A DNA stretch of 63,240 nt, filler included. It is 11 parts of 11 records of this genome, joined end to end, with 100 filler letters (N's around TTAATTAATTAA, not from the genome) between each part and the next. Parts side by side here need not be neighbours in the genome. Positions count along the whole stretch, not along the records: positions 1 to 6,544 come from SRR31147125_214421; positions 6,645 to 11,984 come from SRR31147125_214802; 9 more parts are not named here. One strand, 5' to 3'. Positions within the stretch are counted from its first letter, which is position 1. Each line of letters opens with the position of its first letter. Made by a program: the position numbers and the translations under genes. The notes under the pieces were generated by a model that worked only from the letters and a program-made list of their open reading frames with translations, searched no databases and had not been told where the DNA came from. This document shows, one piece after another, positions 1 to 8,299 of the stretch.

Positions 1-152
1 AATGAAAAAAGGAAGAAAAAATGAAAAAAGAAGAAATAAAATGAAAAAGATTAGATGAATTGATACCCTGCAATTATTATTGTAGCGTTAATTTGTTAAA
101 AGATATACATTGAGATATTGCCAGACTATGAAGTTTTAATTAATAATTAGAA

Positions 153-306
153 AAGAGCTGATTTCAGCGCGGTTTACCCAAAATCCCCACCTTATTTGAT
201 ATGGCATCTTCCGCCGAGCACCCAAAGAGCCTTGCTCGTTCTAGGATGCTTAGCAATTCGTATAATGCATTGACTGCCTTAAGTTTCTAGGGCGGTTTTT
301 TTATTT
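153..306 (+). ncRNA. Candidate structured RNA or leader upstream of the MCP gene (unidentified)
   Basis: No ORF. Stems GCTG/CAGC (157-168), GCATCTT/AGGATGC (204-210/243-249) enclosing CGAGCA/TGCTCG (215-220/233-238), then an intrinsic terminator. Possible promoter TTGCCA-N18-AATAAT at 118-147. Confidence 0.45.
273..306 (+). terminator. Rho-independent terminator
   Basis: ACTGCCTTA-loop-TAGGGCGGT followed by TTTTTTATTT. Confidence 0.75.
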
Positions 307-449
307 GAGCATCAGTCAGCAATGTGGTTGTAAAATAATACAAAACAAAATGGAAATTATGTATATATTAGTAAGTTAAAATTCATTGCAAGTTAGAAAA
401 TAATAACTAAAAGAGCGTCTCGGACTTATGCCATATCACCAAAATGGAC

Positions 450-477
450 TAAAAATATTCTGTATTTGATACGATAA
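450..477 (+). promoter_or_regulatory. Possible sigma-28/SigD promoter for the MCP gene
   Basis: TAAA-N16-TACGATAA resembles TAAA-N15/16-GCCGATAA; it lies in front of a chemoreceptor gene. Confidence 0.4.
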
Positions 478-549
478 TATTATTGAATCGATCGAAAACG
501 ATTGTAAAAAAATACGAATTGTATCGATCGAAAATAAGGGGGAAAATTT

Positions 550-2214
550 ATGAAGTGGTACAAAGACAAACCGATTGCGACCAAATTAATTATCGGATTT
601 CTTGTTATGGCCGTTATTGCCACAGCCATAGGAGTTATCGGAATAATTAATATGATCCAATTAAACAACTCGTCAACGCGTCTGTATGAAGAGAATGCGT
701 TAGGATTAGAGTACAGCGGAGAAGCGTCTACGGAGTTCCTGTTGGTTCGTTACAACCTGCTGAGCCTGACAACGTTAACATCGGAAGCGGAAATCAATGA
801 TACGTACAGTAATGTCAAAGACATGATGGCCAAAGTCGATAATGCTTTTGTCAATCTGCATCAGGTCATTTATTCTGAGGAAGCCACAGCCACTATGAAC
901 GCTGCGGAAACGGCGTGGGAGCATTACAAAACATATATGGATGAGCTGGTTGATTCCGCAAGAAACGGTGACAGCGACAACATCGCAAAGTTAATCCAGG
1001 AGGTTTTCGCACCGGACGGATTAACCATCAAAGACAACCTAATATCCTTAATGGCTATTGTAGCCGAGCATGCATCGGAACGTGCGGTCTCCAACTCGGA
1101 TCAGGCACGTATGTCAACCATTATACTCATAGCCGCCGCTGCCGTCGGCCTGGTGATTTCCATCATAATGGGGATTTACATATCGCGCCTGATTGGCAAC
1201 CCGATTAAAAAGATGGCCGAAGCGGCCGATAAACTGGCACTTGGTGACGCCGATATTGAGCTCCTGGTCCAATCGAAGGATGAAGTCGGACAGCTGACAG
1301 CCGCCTTGGCGAAAGTTGTGGAAACCCGAAAAGAACAGGCGCAACATACACAGATGCTTGCGGAAGGCGACCTGACGGTTGACTTTAGTATCCGGTCTGA
1401 AAAGGACATACTGGGCAAGAGCCTGGCAAGCCTTGTGGAACATCTGGCTGAGGTTATGACGTCAATCATCAGCGCGGCCGACCAGGTCGCGTCTGGCGCG
1501 GCACTCGTATCCGATTCAAGCATCGGCCTGTCACAGGGCGCTGCTGATCAGGCCGGCTCCATTGAAGAACTCAACGCGGCGTTGGAACAGGTCGGGTCCC
1601 AAACTTCCCATAATGCGTCAAATGCCCAGACGGCCAATGCCCTGACGGGAGAGGTTAAAAACGATGCGCAGGACGGCAATACGCAGATGGCTGAGATGCT
1701 CAAAGCTATGGAAGAAATCAGTGTTTCGTCTGAGAACATCAGTAAAATCATTAAAGTTATCGATGATATTGCCTTCCAGACAAATATACTGGCGCTAAAT
1801 GCCGCCGTTGAAGCGGCGCGGGCCGGACAGCAGGGCAAGGGCTTTGCGGTTGTAGCAGAAGAAGTCAGAAATCTGGCGGGCCGCAGCGCGCAGGCGGCGC
1901 AGGAGACGACGGAGCTCATTGAAGGCTCCATTCGCAAGGTCGAAGCGGGAACGAAGATCGCCAATCAAACGGCAGCCGCCCTTGAAAAGATCGTTGAAAA
2001 GGTGACGCAGGCCGCGGAACTGATTGGAGAAATAGCCGACGCGTCAACGGAGCAGGCCGCGTCCATCCAGGAGATCGGCAGCGGGGTCGCGCAGGTTTCG
2101 GATGTCGTACAGAACAACGCGGCGACGGCCGAGGAAAGCGCCTCCACCAGCGAAGAGCTTTCCGCTCAGGCTGCATTCCTCAAAGATACCATCAGCGTAT
2201 TTAAAGTCGGATAA
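550..2214 (+). CDS. Methyl-accepting chemotaxis protein (4HB sensor, HAMP, signalling domain)
   Basis: Two TM helices, HAMP, conserved [44 protein letters not shown]. Confidence 0.97.
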   Translation: MKWYKDKPIATKLIIGFLVMAVIATAIGVIGIINMIQLNNSSTRLYEENALGLEYSGEASTEFLLVRYNLLSLTTLTSEAEINDTYSNVKDMMAKVDNAFVNLHQVIYSEEATATMNAAETAWEHYKTYMDELVDSARNGDSDNIAKLIQEVFAPDGLTIKDNLISLMAIVAEHASERAVSNSDQARMSTIILIAAAAVGLVISIIMGIYISRLIGNPIKKMAEAADKLALGDADIELLVQSKDEVGQLTAALAKVVETRKEQAQHTQMLAEGDLTVDFSIRSEKDILGKSLASLVEHLAEVMTSIISAADQVASGAALVSDSSIGLSQGAADQAGSIEELNAALEQVGSQTSHNASNAQTANALTGEVKNDAQDGNTQMAEMLKAMEEISVSSENISKIIKVIDDIAFQTNILALNAAVEAARAGQQGKGFAVVAEEVRNLAGRSAQAAQETTELIEGSIRKVEAGTKIANQTAAALEKIVEKVTQAAELIGEIADASTEQAASIQEIGSGVAQVSDVVQNNAATAEESASTSEELSAQAAFLKDTISVFKVG

Positions 2215-2282
2215 TATCGGTAAAATTAGACGGTTTAACATCACACCCTCGAGCTTCGCGGAATGCGTGCAAGGGTCATAAT

Positions 2283-2323
2283 TATAAAAAGCTGCCTTCC
2301 TGAGTGGAAGGCAGCTTTTTATA
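2283..2323. terminator. Bidirectional intrinsic terminator
   Basis: TATAAAAAGCTGCCTTCC-TGAGT-GGAAGGCAGCTTTTTATA between convergent genes. Confidence 0.9.
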
Positions 2324-2331
2324 CGACAGTC

Positions 2332-2889
2332 TTAGCCCGGCATGGCGGCACAGATCAGCTCGCCGCCTGTTTTGCCCAGCAGCCCGGCCGGAACAACGGC
2401 AGCGCAGGTCAGGACTAATAGGACGGTGAGAGCGCCCGGCGACGGTGGCACAAGCAGCGCGACGAGAGCTGTGGTGACAGCTATGGCAAGAAATACGAGC
2501 GCCGCCATCATTTTAAGCCGCAGCTTCTTCGTTGTCAGGCGTTTAAAGCGCGTTTTGCCGTCCAGCATGCCGGCCAGCGCGGCTAGCAGAACGCCGAACG
2601 GGAGCAAAACAGCGTTAGTTTTAACGCCTGTGGTCAGCGTTGCGTAAATCGGACCTGTGAAGATCAGCGCGGCGATTTCGAAAAGCAGGCAGAGAAATAC
2701 GAGCGCCATAGGAAAATGTACTATGATGGGGTGTAGATGCAGCGAGAGCAGCGCCTCCCGTTTTCCGGATACTTTTGAGACGTACGGCTCAAAGGACGTT
2801 GACAGAACGCCGCAGGCCGGACAGACATCCTTGACCTTGCCTTTGGTCGTTATGTACCCGCAGACATTACATTTAACATGATTTCTCAT
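2332..2889 (-). CDS. Rubredoxin-like domain fused to a DUF2231-type membrane domain
   Basis: CNVCG...CPACG at the N-terminus, then HPIIVHFP and four TM helices; SD GGAGG. Confidence 0.8.
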   Translation of the reverse strand: MRNHVKCNVCGYITTKGKVKDVCPACGVLSTSFEPYVSKVSGKREALLSLHLHPIIVHFPMALVFLCLLFEIAALIFTGPIYATLTTGVKTNAVLLPFGVLLAALAGMLDGKTRFKRLTTKKLRLKMMAALVFLAIAVTTALVALLVPPSPGALTVLLVLTCAAVVPAGLLGKTGGELICAAMPG

Positions 2890-2942
2890 ATGGGACCTCC
2901 GTTTCTATAGCAGGTGGGAGTATGGTCTATATTTCTGACTTT

Positions 2943-2971
2943 ATTATATTAGCAATACCGCTAAAGGACAA
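2943..2971 (-). promoter_or_regulatory. SigA-type promoter for the rubredoxin-DUF2231 gene
   Basis: Minus strand TTGTCC-N17-TATAAT. Confidence 0.55.
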
Positions 2972-2991
2972 GTATTTATGTCAATACCCCG

Positions 2992-3020
2992 TTGTAAGGT
3001 GTCTCTCAATTGTGTATAAT
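2992..3020 (+). promoter_or_regulatory. SigA-type promoter (extended -10) for thioesterase-ruvX
   Basis: TTGTAA-N17-TATAAT with TGTG immediately upstream of the -10. Confidence 0.65.
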
Positions 3021-3123
3021 CTGACCGTGCAAGCGGGGCGGCAATCCGGCCGCCTGTTTGGACAAGAGCTGGATTATCGGATAATCACCATTAATACGTG
3101 AATTCGGATAAAAGGAGATTACA

Positions 3124-3579
3124 ATGGATAAACGGACGACGATCATTATGAGTCAGACGATGCTTCCCAGTCAGGCCAATTACGCCGGTAACGTACACGG
3201 CGGTGAGATCATGAAGCTGATGGATCAGGCTGCGGGGGCTGCGGCACACCGGTATTCACGCAGCAACGTCGTCACGGCGCGGGTCGATGAGATGCAGTTT
3301 TTATACCCGGTGCTGATCGGCGCTTTTGTAACGTGTACGGCGACGATTGCCTATGTCGGCAACACCTCCATGGAGGTCATCGTAACAGTCGATGTGGAGG
3401 ATCTTGATTCTGAGGACCCGCCAATCCGGACGCAGACGGCATTTTTTACGATGGTTGCGCTCGACAAGACGGGTAAGCCGAAAAAACTGGCCCCGCTGGA
3501 GCTGTTAACAGAGGAAGAAAAGCTCCTGTTTGAACAGGGTAAACAGCGCCGGCTTGCCCGCGAAAGGGACCGGCATTAA
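3124..3579 (+). CDS. Acyl-CoA thioesterase (hotdog fold)
   Basis: ANYAGNVHGGEIMKLMD motif, FTMVALD; SD AAGGAG. Confidence 0.93.
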   Translation: MDKRTTIIMSQTMLPSQANYAGNVHGGEIMKLMDQAAGAAAHRYSRSNVVTARVDEMQFLYPVLIGAFVTCTATIAYVGNTSMEVIVTVDVEDLDSEDPPIRTQTAFFTMVALDKTGKPKKLAPLELLTEEEKLLFEQGKQRRLARERDRH

Positions 3580-3609
3580 TACACACGCAAACAAAGGAGG
3601 ACCCCCGAA

Positions 3610-4020
3610 ATGCGGATTATGGCTGTAGACTACGGAGACGCGCGGACAGGGATTGCTGTTTCTGACGCAATGGGTATAATGGCCGGCGATGCTTTCATCA
3701 TAACGGAGCGCTCACCCGAACGTACAGCGGAGAAGATTGCCGGAGAAGCCAGGGCTCGAACCGTTGGGCGTATTGTGCTCGGCTATCCCAAGAACATGAA
3801 CGGCACCCTTGGCCCGCGCGCTGAGAAGACGGAGCGTTTGTCCTCCTTGCTCAGAGATAAACACGGGCTGGATGTTGTGCTGTGGGATGAACGGCGGACA
3901 ACCGTGGACGCAGAACGAATATTATCGGATGCCGGCGTATTCGGCAAGAAACGAAAAGGGAAGCTTGACGCCGTGGCCGCAACCCTGATCCTGGAGGGCT
4001 ATCTGGGCAGCATCCGATAA
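3610..4020 (+). CDS. ruvX: Holliday junction resolvase-like / pre-16S rRNA nuclease RuvX (YqgF)
   Basis: MAVDYGDARTGIAVSD, GYPKNMNG, WDERRTT, DAVAATLILEGYL. Confidence 0.95.
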   Translation: MRIMAVDYGDARTGIAVSDAMGIMAGDAFIITERSPERTAEKIAGEARARTVGRIVLGYPKNMNGTLGPRAEKTERLSSLLRDKHGLDVVLWDERRTTVDAERILSDAGVFGKKRKGKLDAVAATLILEGYLGSIR

Positions 4021-4051
4021 GCGGCGCAGGCAACTAAGCATCTATTAATAT

Positions 4052-4092
4052 GGCCGCCCGCATGGACGAGAGGTCTGTACGGGCGGCTTTTT
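4052..4092 (+). terminator. Intrinsic terminator after ruvX
   Basis: GGCCGCCCG...CGGGCGGCT followed by a T run. Confidence 0.8.
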
Positions 4093-4210
4093 GTTAACCT
4101 AAAGCGGACGACCTTGTCAATCGGGAAAAGTCAGCAAGTAAATTGCCGCGCGTAAATGTGTAGGTCAGATTCTATATCCGCCCTGAAAAACATCCTGAGA
4201 CATTTGATGG

Positions 4211-4618
4211 TCAAACATCTTTCTTCTTTTCATCAGGTTCTTTCTTTTTTGCTTTAAAAAATATCTCGCTCAGGCCCACAAGAATAATAAAGCCGCCGAA
4301 TATTTTTTTCAAAAGGTTCGTCTGGAGCCCCGTGGCAAAATAAGATACCACAAGCGCGGAGACGACGCCGGCGATAATGGCCGGTATAGCCAGCCTGACG
4401 GCCACGAGCTTGTTTTTTAGATGCGACAGCAGGGCCGACAGGGAAGTAGGCAGAAAATACAGCAGATTGACGCCCTGGGCCGTCTGCTGGTCCAGTCCCG
4501 CCACAAGCGTCATGTACAGTATCAGAAGCGAACCGCCGCCAATGCCCCAAGCGGAGAGAATGCCCGCCAAAAGTCCGGCCAGCGCTGAAAAGGCCGTCAT
4601 GCTAATAGCGCCCGTCAT
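4211..4618 (-). CDS. Sulfite exporter TauE/SafE family protein (half-size)
   Basis: GILSAWGIGGGSLLI...AQGVNLLYFLP; start placed at ATG 4618 (4600 is an alternative). Confidence 0.85.
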   Translation of the reverse strand: MTGAISMTAFSALAGLLAGILSAWGIGGGSLLILYMTLVAGLDQQTAQGVNLLYFLPTSLSALLSHLKNKLVAVRLAIPAIIAGVVSALVVSYFATGLQTNLLKKIFGGFIILVGLSEIFFKAKKKEPDEKKKDV

Positions 4619-4623
4619 GACAG

Positions 4624-4979
4624 TCAACCTAACAGGCAGCGTACGCCGCCATAGAGCAGAAGAAGGCCGAACAGCCGATGTAAAAGCGACGTTGGGATCT
4701 TTTTGAAAATCCGGCCGCCGATAAAGCCGCCGGCCAGCCCGCCAATCAGATACGGTACAGCCGGCGTCGGATCGATCCCGGCCCGAAATACATAGACACA
4801 GGCAGACACGACGCATAGCGGTAAAATAATGAAAACAGAGGTGGCGAACGCCTGACGCTCCTCAAGCTTAACCCAGCGGAGCAGGGCAGGACGAGAAGCA
4901 TGCCGCCGCCGGCGCCGAAAAATCCGTTCAGCGCGCCGGTCAACAGTCCCGCTATGGCACATTTTATCTTTTGCGGCAT
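4624..4979 (-). CDS. Sulfite exporter TauE/SafE family protein (half-size), frameshifted near 4889
   Basis: GALNGFFGAGGGMLLV in one frame continues as PALLRWVKLEERQAFATS in another; one added C restores MLLVPALLRW. Confidence 0.8.
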
Positions 4980-5143
4980 CCTTTATCCTCCGGATATATA
5001 TTGAAGCGGCGGTCAATTATATGAATCGCAATCCAATATAATATCCAGGCCGTCACCTACGGTTAATATCTGCCGTTCGAATACCGATTATTAAAAAATC
5101 AATGGCAGCCTGCCCATAAGAAGTCAAGCCCGTGACGGTAAAT

Positions 5144-5168
5144 AAAAACCGGGATACTATCCCGGTTT
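5144..5168 (-). terminator. Intrinsic terminator after ytvI
   Basis: AAACCGGGATA-C-TATCCCGGTTT with a T run on the minus strand. Confidence 0.7.
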
Positions 5169-5190
5169 GCTGAAGAGATTAGAAAAATCC

Positions 5191-5233
5191 GTAGGGACGA
5201 CCATCGGTCGTCCGTTGAACGGCTGTCCCATAC
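5191..5233. repeat. GTAG-type REP-like palindrome with a degenerate inverted partner
   Basis: GTAG+GGACGACC-ATC-GGTCGTCC; the opposite end reads GTATGGGACAGCCGTTC on the minus strand. Confidence 0.6.
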
Positions 5234-5239
5234 AGCATA

Positions 5240-6310
5240 TTATTTCCACAGCCGGATATACCCCTTGTCGTTTAGATGTTTAATCATGATAAGCCCGATG
5301 GGAAAGACGATCATACCGGCAACGCCCATGGCGCTGTATCCAACGTAGATGGCAATAAGCGTAATGATGGGCGGCAGGCCGAGCTGCCGGCCGATGAGCC
5401 GGGGCTCTAAGAGGTTTCGTATGACGATGTTGATGCCGTAAATAACAGCCAGCGTAACCGCCGTGCGGAGGTTGCCGCCAATGAGTGACACGAGCGCCCA
5501 CGGGATGAGGACAGCGCCCGAGCCGATGACGGGCAGTGCGTCCACAACAGCAACGAGCAGCGCCAGCAAAATGGCAAAATCGATACGCAGGATCAAAAAC
5601 GCAATCGTCATTTCCACAAACGTCACGCCGGCCAGCATCAGCTCGGCCTTGACCCATTTGCCGAACGTGACCATCAGGTCGTTTTTAAAGTCGACCAGCG
5701 ATTTATGGCGGCTTTTCGGAATCTGTCGCAGGATAAAGCCCGTAAACTCTTTGTAACCGCAGCTGATGAAGAAAGCGCCCAGCGCGCACGCAAAGAAAAA
5801 CAGGACGAGTCTAGGCGTAAATTTAGCGATACTGGACAAAATCCCCAATACCTTGCCGGATAATACCGCCGGGAGCTCGGCGCTTTTTGTGTTAAACCCG
5901 TCGAGCGCATGATTCAGATAACTTTGTATCTCCGGCGGCGCGGACTGGATGAAACCGTCGATTCTGTCGCCGATGACGCCAACGGTTCTCGTAATGTTGG
6001 AGAGCAGAGTCGGAAGGTCCTTGACGAAGGCAGTCAGTTCGATGACAGCGCGGCCGATGATGAGTGACGTGAGCGCGATAAGGATTGCAAAAATGATGAG
6101 CGTGCAGGCCGCCGAGGCAAAGCCGCGGCGCAGGCGATATCTTTCCGACATGAAGCGAACGGCCGGCTCCATAAGCCGGGCAATGATAAACGCCACGATG
6201 AACGGCAGAAACCACGGCAGGGCAAAACGCAATACGAGCCAGGCGATTCCGATGGCGGCTATGGCGTAAAGGCCGTACAGCGCGCGGCGAAGATGTTTAT
6301 TTTCCGGCAT
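5240..6310 (-). CDS. ytvI: Sporulation integral membrane protein YtvI (AI-2E family)
   Basis: LPFIVAFIIARLMEP, VDALPVIGSGAVLIPW, RNLLEPRLIGRQLGLPP; start MPENK after SD GGGAG. Confidence 0.9.
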   Translation of the reverse strand: MPENKHLRRALYGLYAIAAIGIAWLVLRFALPWFLPFIVAFIIARLMEPAVRFMSERYRLRRGFASAACTLIIFAILIALTSLIIGRAVIELTAFVKDLPTLLSNITRTVGVIGDRIDGFIQSAPPEIQSYLNHALDGFNTKSAELPAVLSGKVLGILSSIAKFTPRLVLFFFACALGAFFISCGYKEFTGFILRQIPKSRHKSLVDFKNDLMVTFGKWVKAELMLAGVTFVEMTIAFLILRIDFAILLALLVAVVDALPVIGSGAVLIPWALVSLIGGNLRTAVTLAVIYGINIVIRNLLEPRLIGRQLGLPPIITLIAIYVGYSAMGVAGMIVFPIGLIMIKHLNDKGYIRLWK

Positions 6311-6509
6311 AAGACTCTCCCTGAAGAAGCGCTGATTTAAAGTCATCCGCTTCTGCGCGTCGATTTGGCCCGTCCTGAACTCTTTTCGGTCTGATGCGCT
6401 TAAAACGGTTGCACAATAAATGAACGTATGGTAGTATACTAAATTACGAATGAGTCTATTCGAAAGATAATAAATGATGCTCACGCAATGAAATACGGAG
6501 GGGTTTGGG

Positions 6510-6544
6510 ATGTTTGATATCGCTATTCTGGGATTCGGCACGGT
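6510..6544 (+). CDS. hom: Homoserine dehydrogenase N-terminus (cut by contig end)
   Basis: SD GGAGGG then MFDIAILGFGT(V), a Rossmann start typical of Hom; only 11 full codons are visible. Confidence 0.6.
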
Positions 6545-6644
6545 NNNNNNNNNNNNNNNNNNNNNNNNNNNNNNNNNNNNNNNNNNNNTTAATTAATTAA
6601 NNNNNNNNNNNNNNNNNNNNNNNNNNNNNNNNNNNNNNNNNNNN
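6545..6644. other. Artificial contig spacer
   Basis: N44-TTAATTAATTAA-N44 (stops in all frames). Confidence 0.99.
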
Positions 6645-6671
6645 GTAATCGCAATGATTACAAGGGTTTTT
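6645..6671 (-). terminator. Truncated terminator hairpin after the SLH gene
   Basis: GTAATC-GCAAT-GATTAC followed by AAGGGTTTTT; the other arm is lost at the contig edge. Confidence 0.4.
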
Positions 6672-6708
6672 GGTTTTGCTGAACATTCAGTTCACAAATA
6701 TATTTTGC

Positions 6709-8103
6709 TTAACTATTTTTATCAAGAACCTTATAGGCAATGAGATTTTTGTCAGCGTCATAGATTGTTATAAGCGCGTATTTGCCGTCTTGTATCATTG
6801 TCTGTATTGGTTCACAGTCAGCAGTGAGTTCTACAAAGCGGCCGTCTTTAGAGGTTAACAAGATATATTTGGTCCGGTTATCCAGGGTATCGATTGAACT
6901 CAGATCGCAGTAAGCTGCGTTTGGCAGCAATTGAATTATAGTATCATAGTCTATTGTTAATTCTGCAATACCATCGCTTAAGGTGAAGCTATATCCAGCC
7001 GCTAGTTCGGGGATAGCGTCAAACTGACTGACATCCTCCTCGATTTCTTCCGGCTCCTCAAAATCTTTTTCTGTCAGAGTTTCACATATAGCTACGACAT
7101 CTCCATTTTGCACGTCGGCATATTCACAAAGCCCGATCATATTATTGGCAGCATCAAAAAAGAATAAAACAGCATAATCGTAATAAGTGACAACCATTCC
7201 TTGCGCATCGTCATATGGATTCAAATAGTTCAGTATGTCATCCTTAACGCTCATTTCACTTTGTATTACATTATATCGTCCGAGATCATCCAGGGCGCCG
7301 GAGGAGCCATATATGCCGGAAACATTAATTTTAGTAAAGTCTTTGACTGCCTCGGGCAGTTTAGACCGATCAAACTTTAGGGTGTGATTCTTATGCCCAA
7401 AAGAATCAACAAAGTAATCGGAAAAGCTTAAAGTAATAATGGCTTGGGTAGGGTCTGAAGTATCCTTGATTACACCGGCCTCCATACCGTCCGTCAAATT
7501 GAACACGCCGTCATTAAGTAACTGCTGAGCGAGCGTTTGGCTTTGTCCGTTCAGGTAGGTCGTTAAGGCATTATATGAAAGATGAACCATGTCATTTCTA
7601 ATAAAAGTATCGGGTGATGCTATTTCCTGTGCTGTTATCAAACCGATACTGATAGCCTTGTTGACTGCCGTGTCATATGTAAAATCGCCATTCTTGTCGT
7701 CATAGCCTAAAGAACGCAAAATAAACGTTACATAGTCTTTCCAGCTGACGTTGTTGCTGCTGCCAAACTGATTATTACCAATTCCGGTTGTTAAGCCATT
7801 GGCATACAGATAGCCGATATAATCGTTTGCCCAGGACGGAACGTCGCTAAATGGGTGGGTGTTTTTCTGCTCAAGCGCCGTGCTTTCCTTCCCGAGGAGC
7901 CGAACAAGCATAACAGCTGCTTCAGCCCGTGTAGGCGTTCGTTCAAGTTCGTAGCCTATATCAGAGCCTTTTAGTAAGCCCAGTGAGTTCAGCGATTCTG
8001 CTTCATCCAGATAACTCGTATTTATGGCCAGTGCCGTCCCCATAAGAATGCTAAATGATAAAATGATGGCTAAAGTAATTGAAAATAAATGCTTCGTTTT
8101 CAT
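6709..8103 (-). CDS. S-layer homology (SLH) domain secreted protein with unrecognised C-terminal region
   Basis: Signal peptide; LGLLKG..PTRAEAAVMLVRLLG, PFSDVPSWANDYIGYLYANGLTTG. Confidence 0.88.
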   Translation of the reverse strand: MKTKHLFSITLAIILSFSILMGTALAINTSYLDEAESLNSLGLLKGSDIGYELERTPTRAEAAVMLVRLLGKESTALEQKNTHPFSDVPSWANDYIGYLYANGLTTGIGNNQFGSSNNVSWKDYVTFILRSLGYDDKNGDFTYDTAVNKAISIGLITAQEIASPDTFIRNDMVHLSYNALTTYLNGQSQTLAQQLLNDGVFNLTDGMEAGVIKDTSDPTQAIITLSFSDYFVDSFGHKNHTLKFDRSKLPEAVKDFTKINVSGIYGSSGALDDLGRYNVIQSEMSVKDDILNYLNPYDDAQGMVVTYYDYAVLFFFDAANNMIGLCEYADVQNGDVVAICETLTEKDFEEPEEIEEDVSQFDAIPELAAGYSFTLSDGIAELTIDYDTIIQLLPNAAYCDLSSIDTLDNRTKYILLTSKDGRFVELTADCEPIQTMIQDGKYALITIYDADKNLIAYKVLDKNS

Positions 8104-8246
8104 TGCAATACCTCACTCATATCGTGTTAAATATGAAAATAATACCATGCAAAGCACAGCGAGTAAAGACATATAGTTACGCACAGGTGTTAAATTATCA
8201 GCCTCGGCTTGCGCTTGAGAAAATAATCTGTATTGATTCGGTGATG

Positions 8247-8274
8247 AAAAACGCGACAGGTAAACCCTGTCGCG
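8247..8274 (-). terminator. Terminator of the ABC operon
   Basis: CGCGACAGG-loop-CCTGTCGCG with a T run on the minus strand. Confidence 0.75.
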
Positions 8275-8299
8275 CGGCTATATATGTTACCAATTCCGT

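Noticed and set aside
1-58. ATGAAAAAAG(G)AAGAAA repeated about 2.5 times; short Lys/Arg-rich ORF
   Set aside because: Low-complexity purine tract at the contig edge with no support for coding or function.
258-290. TCGTATAAT...GTTTCTA resembling a purine riboswitch
   Set aside because: No ATATGG loop or P2/P3 stems in the right places; the segment is explained by the terminator.
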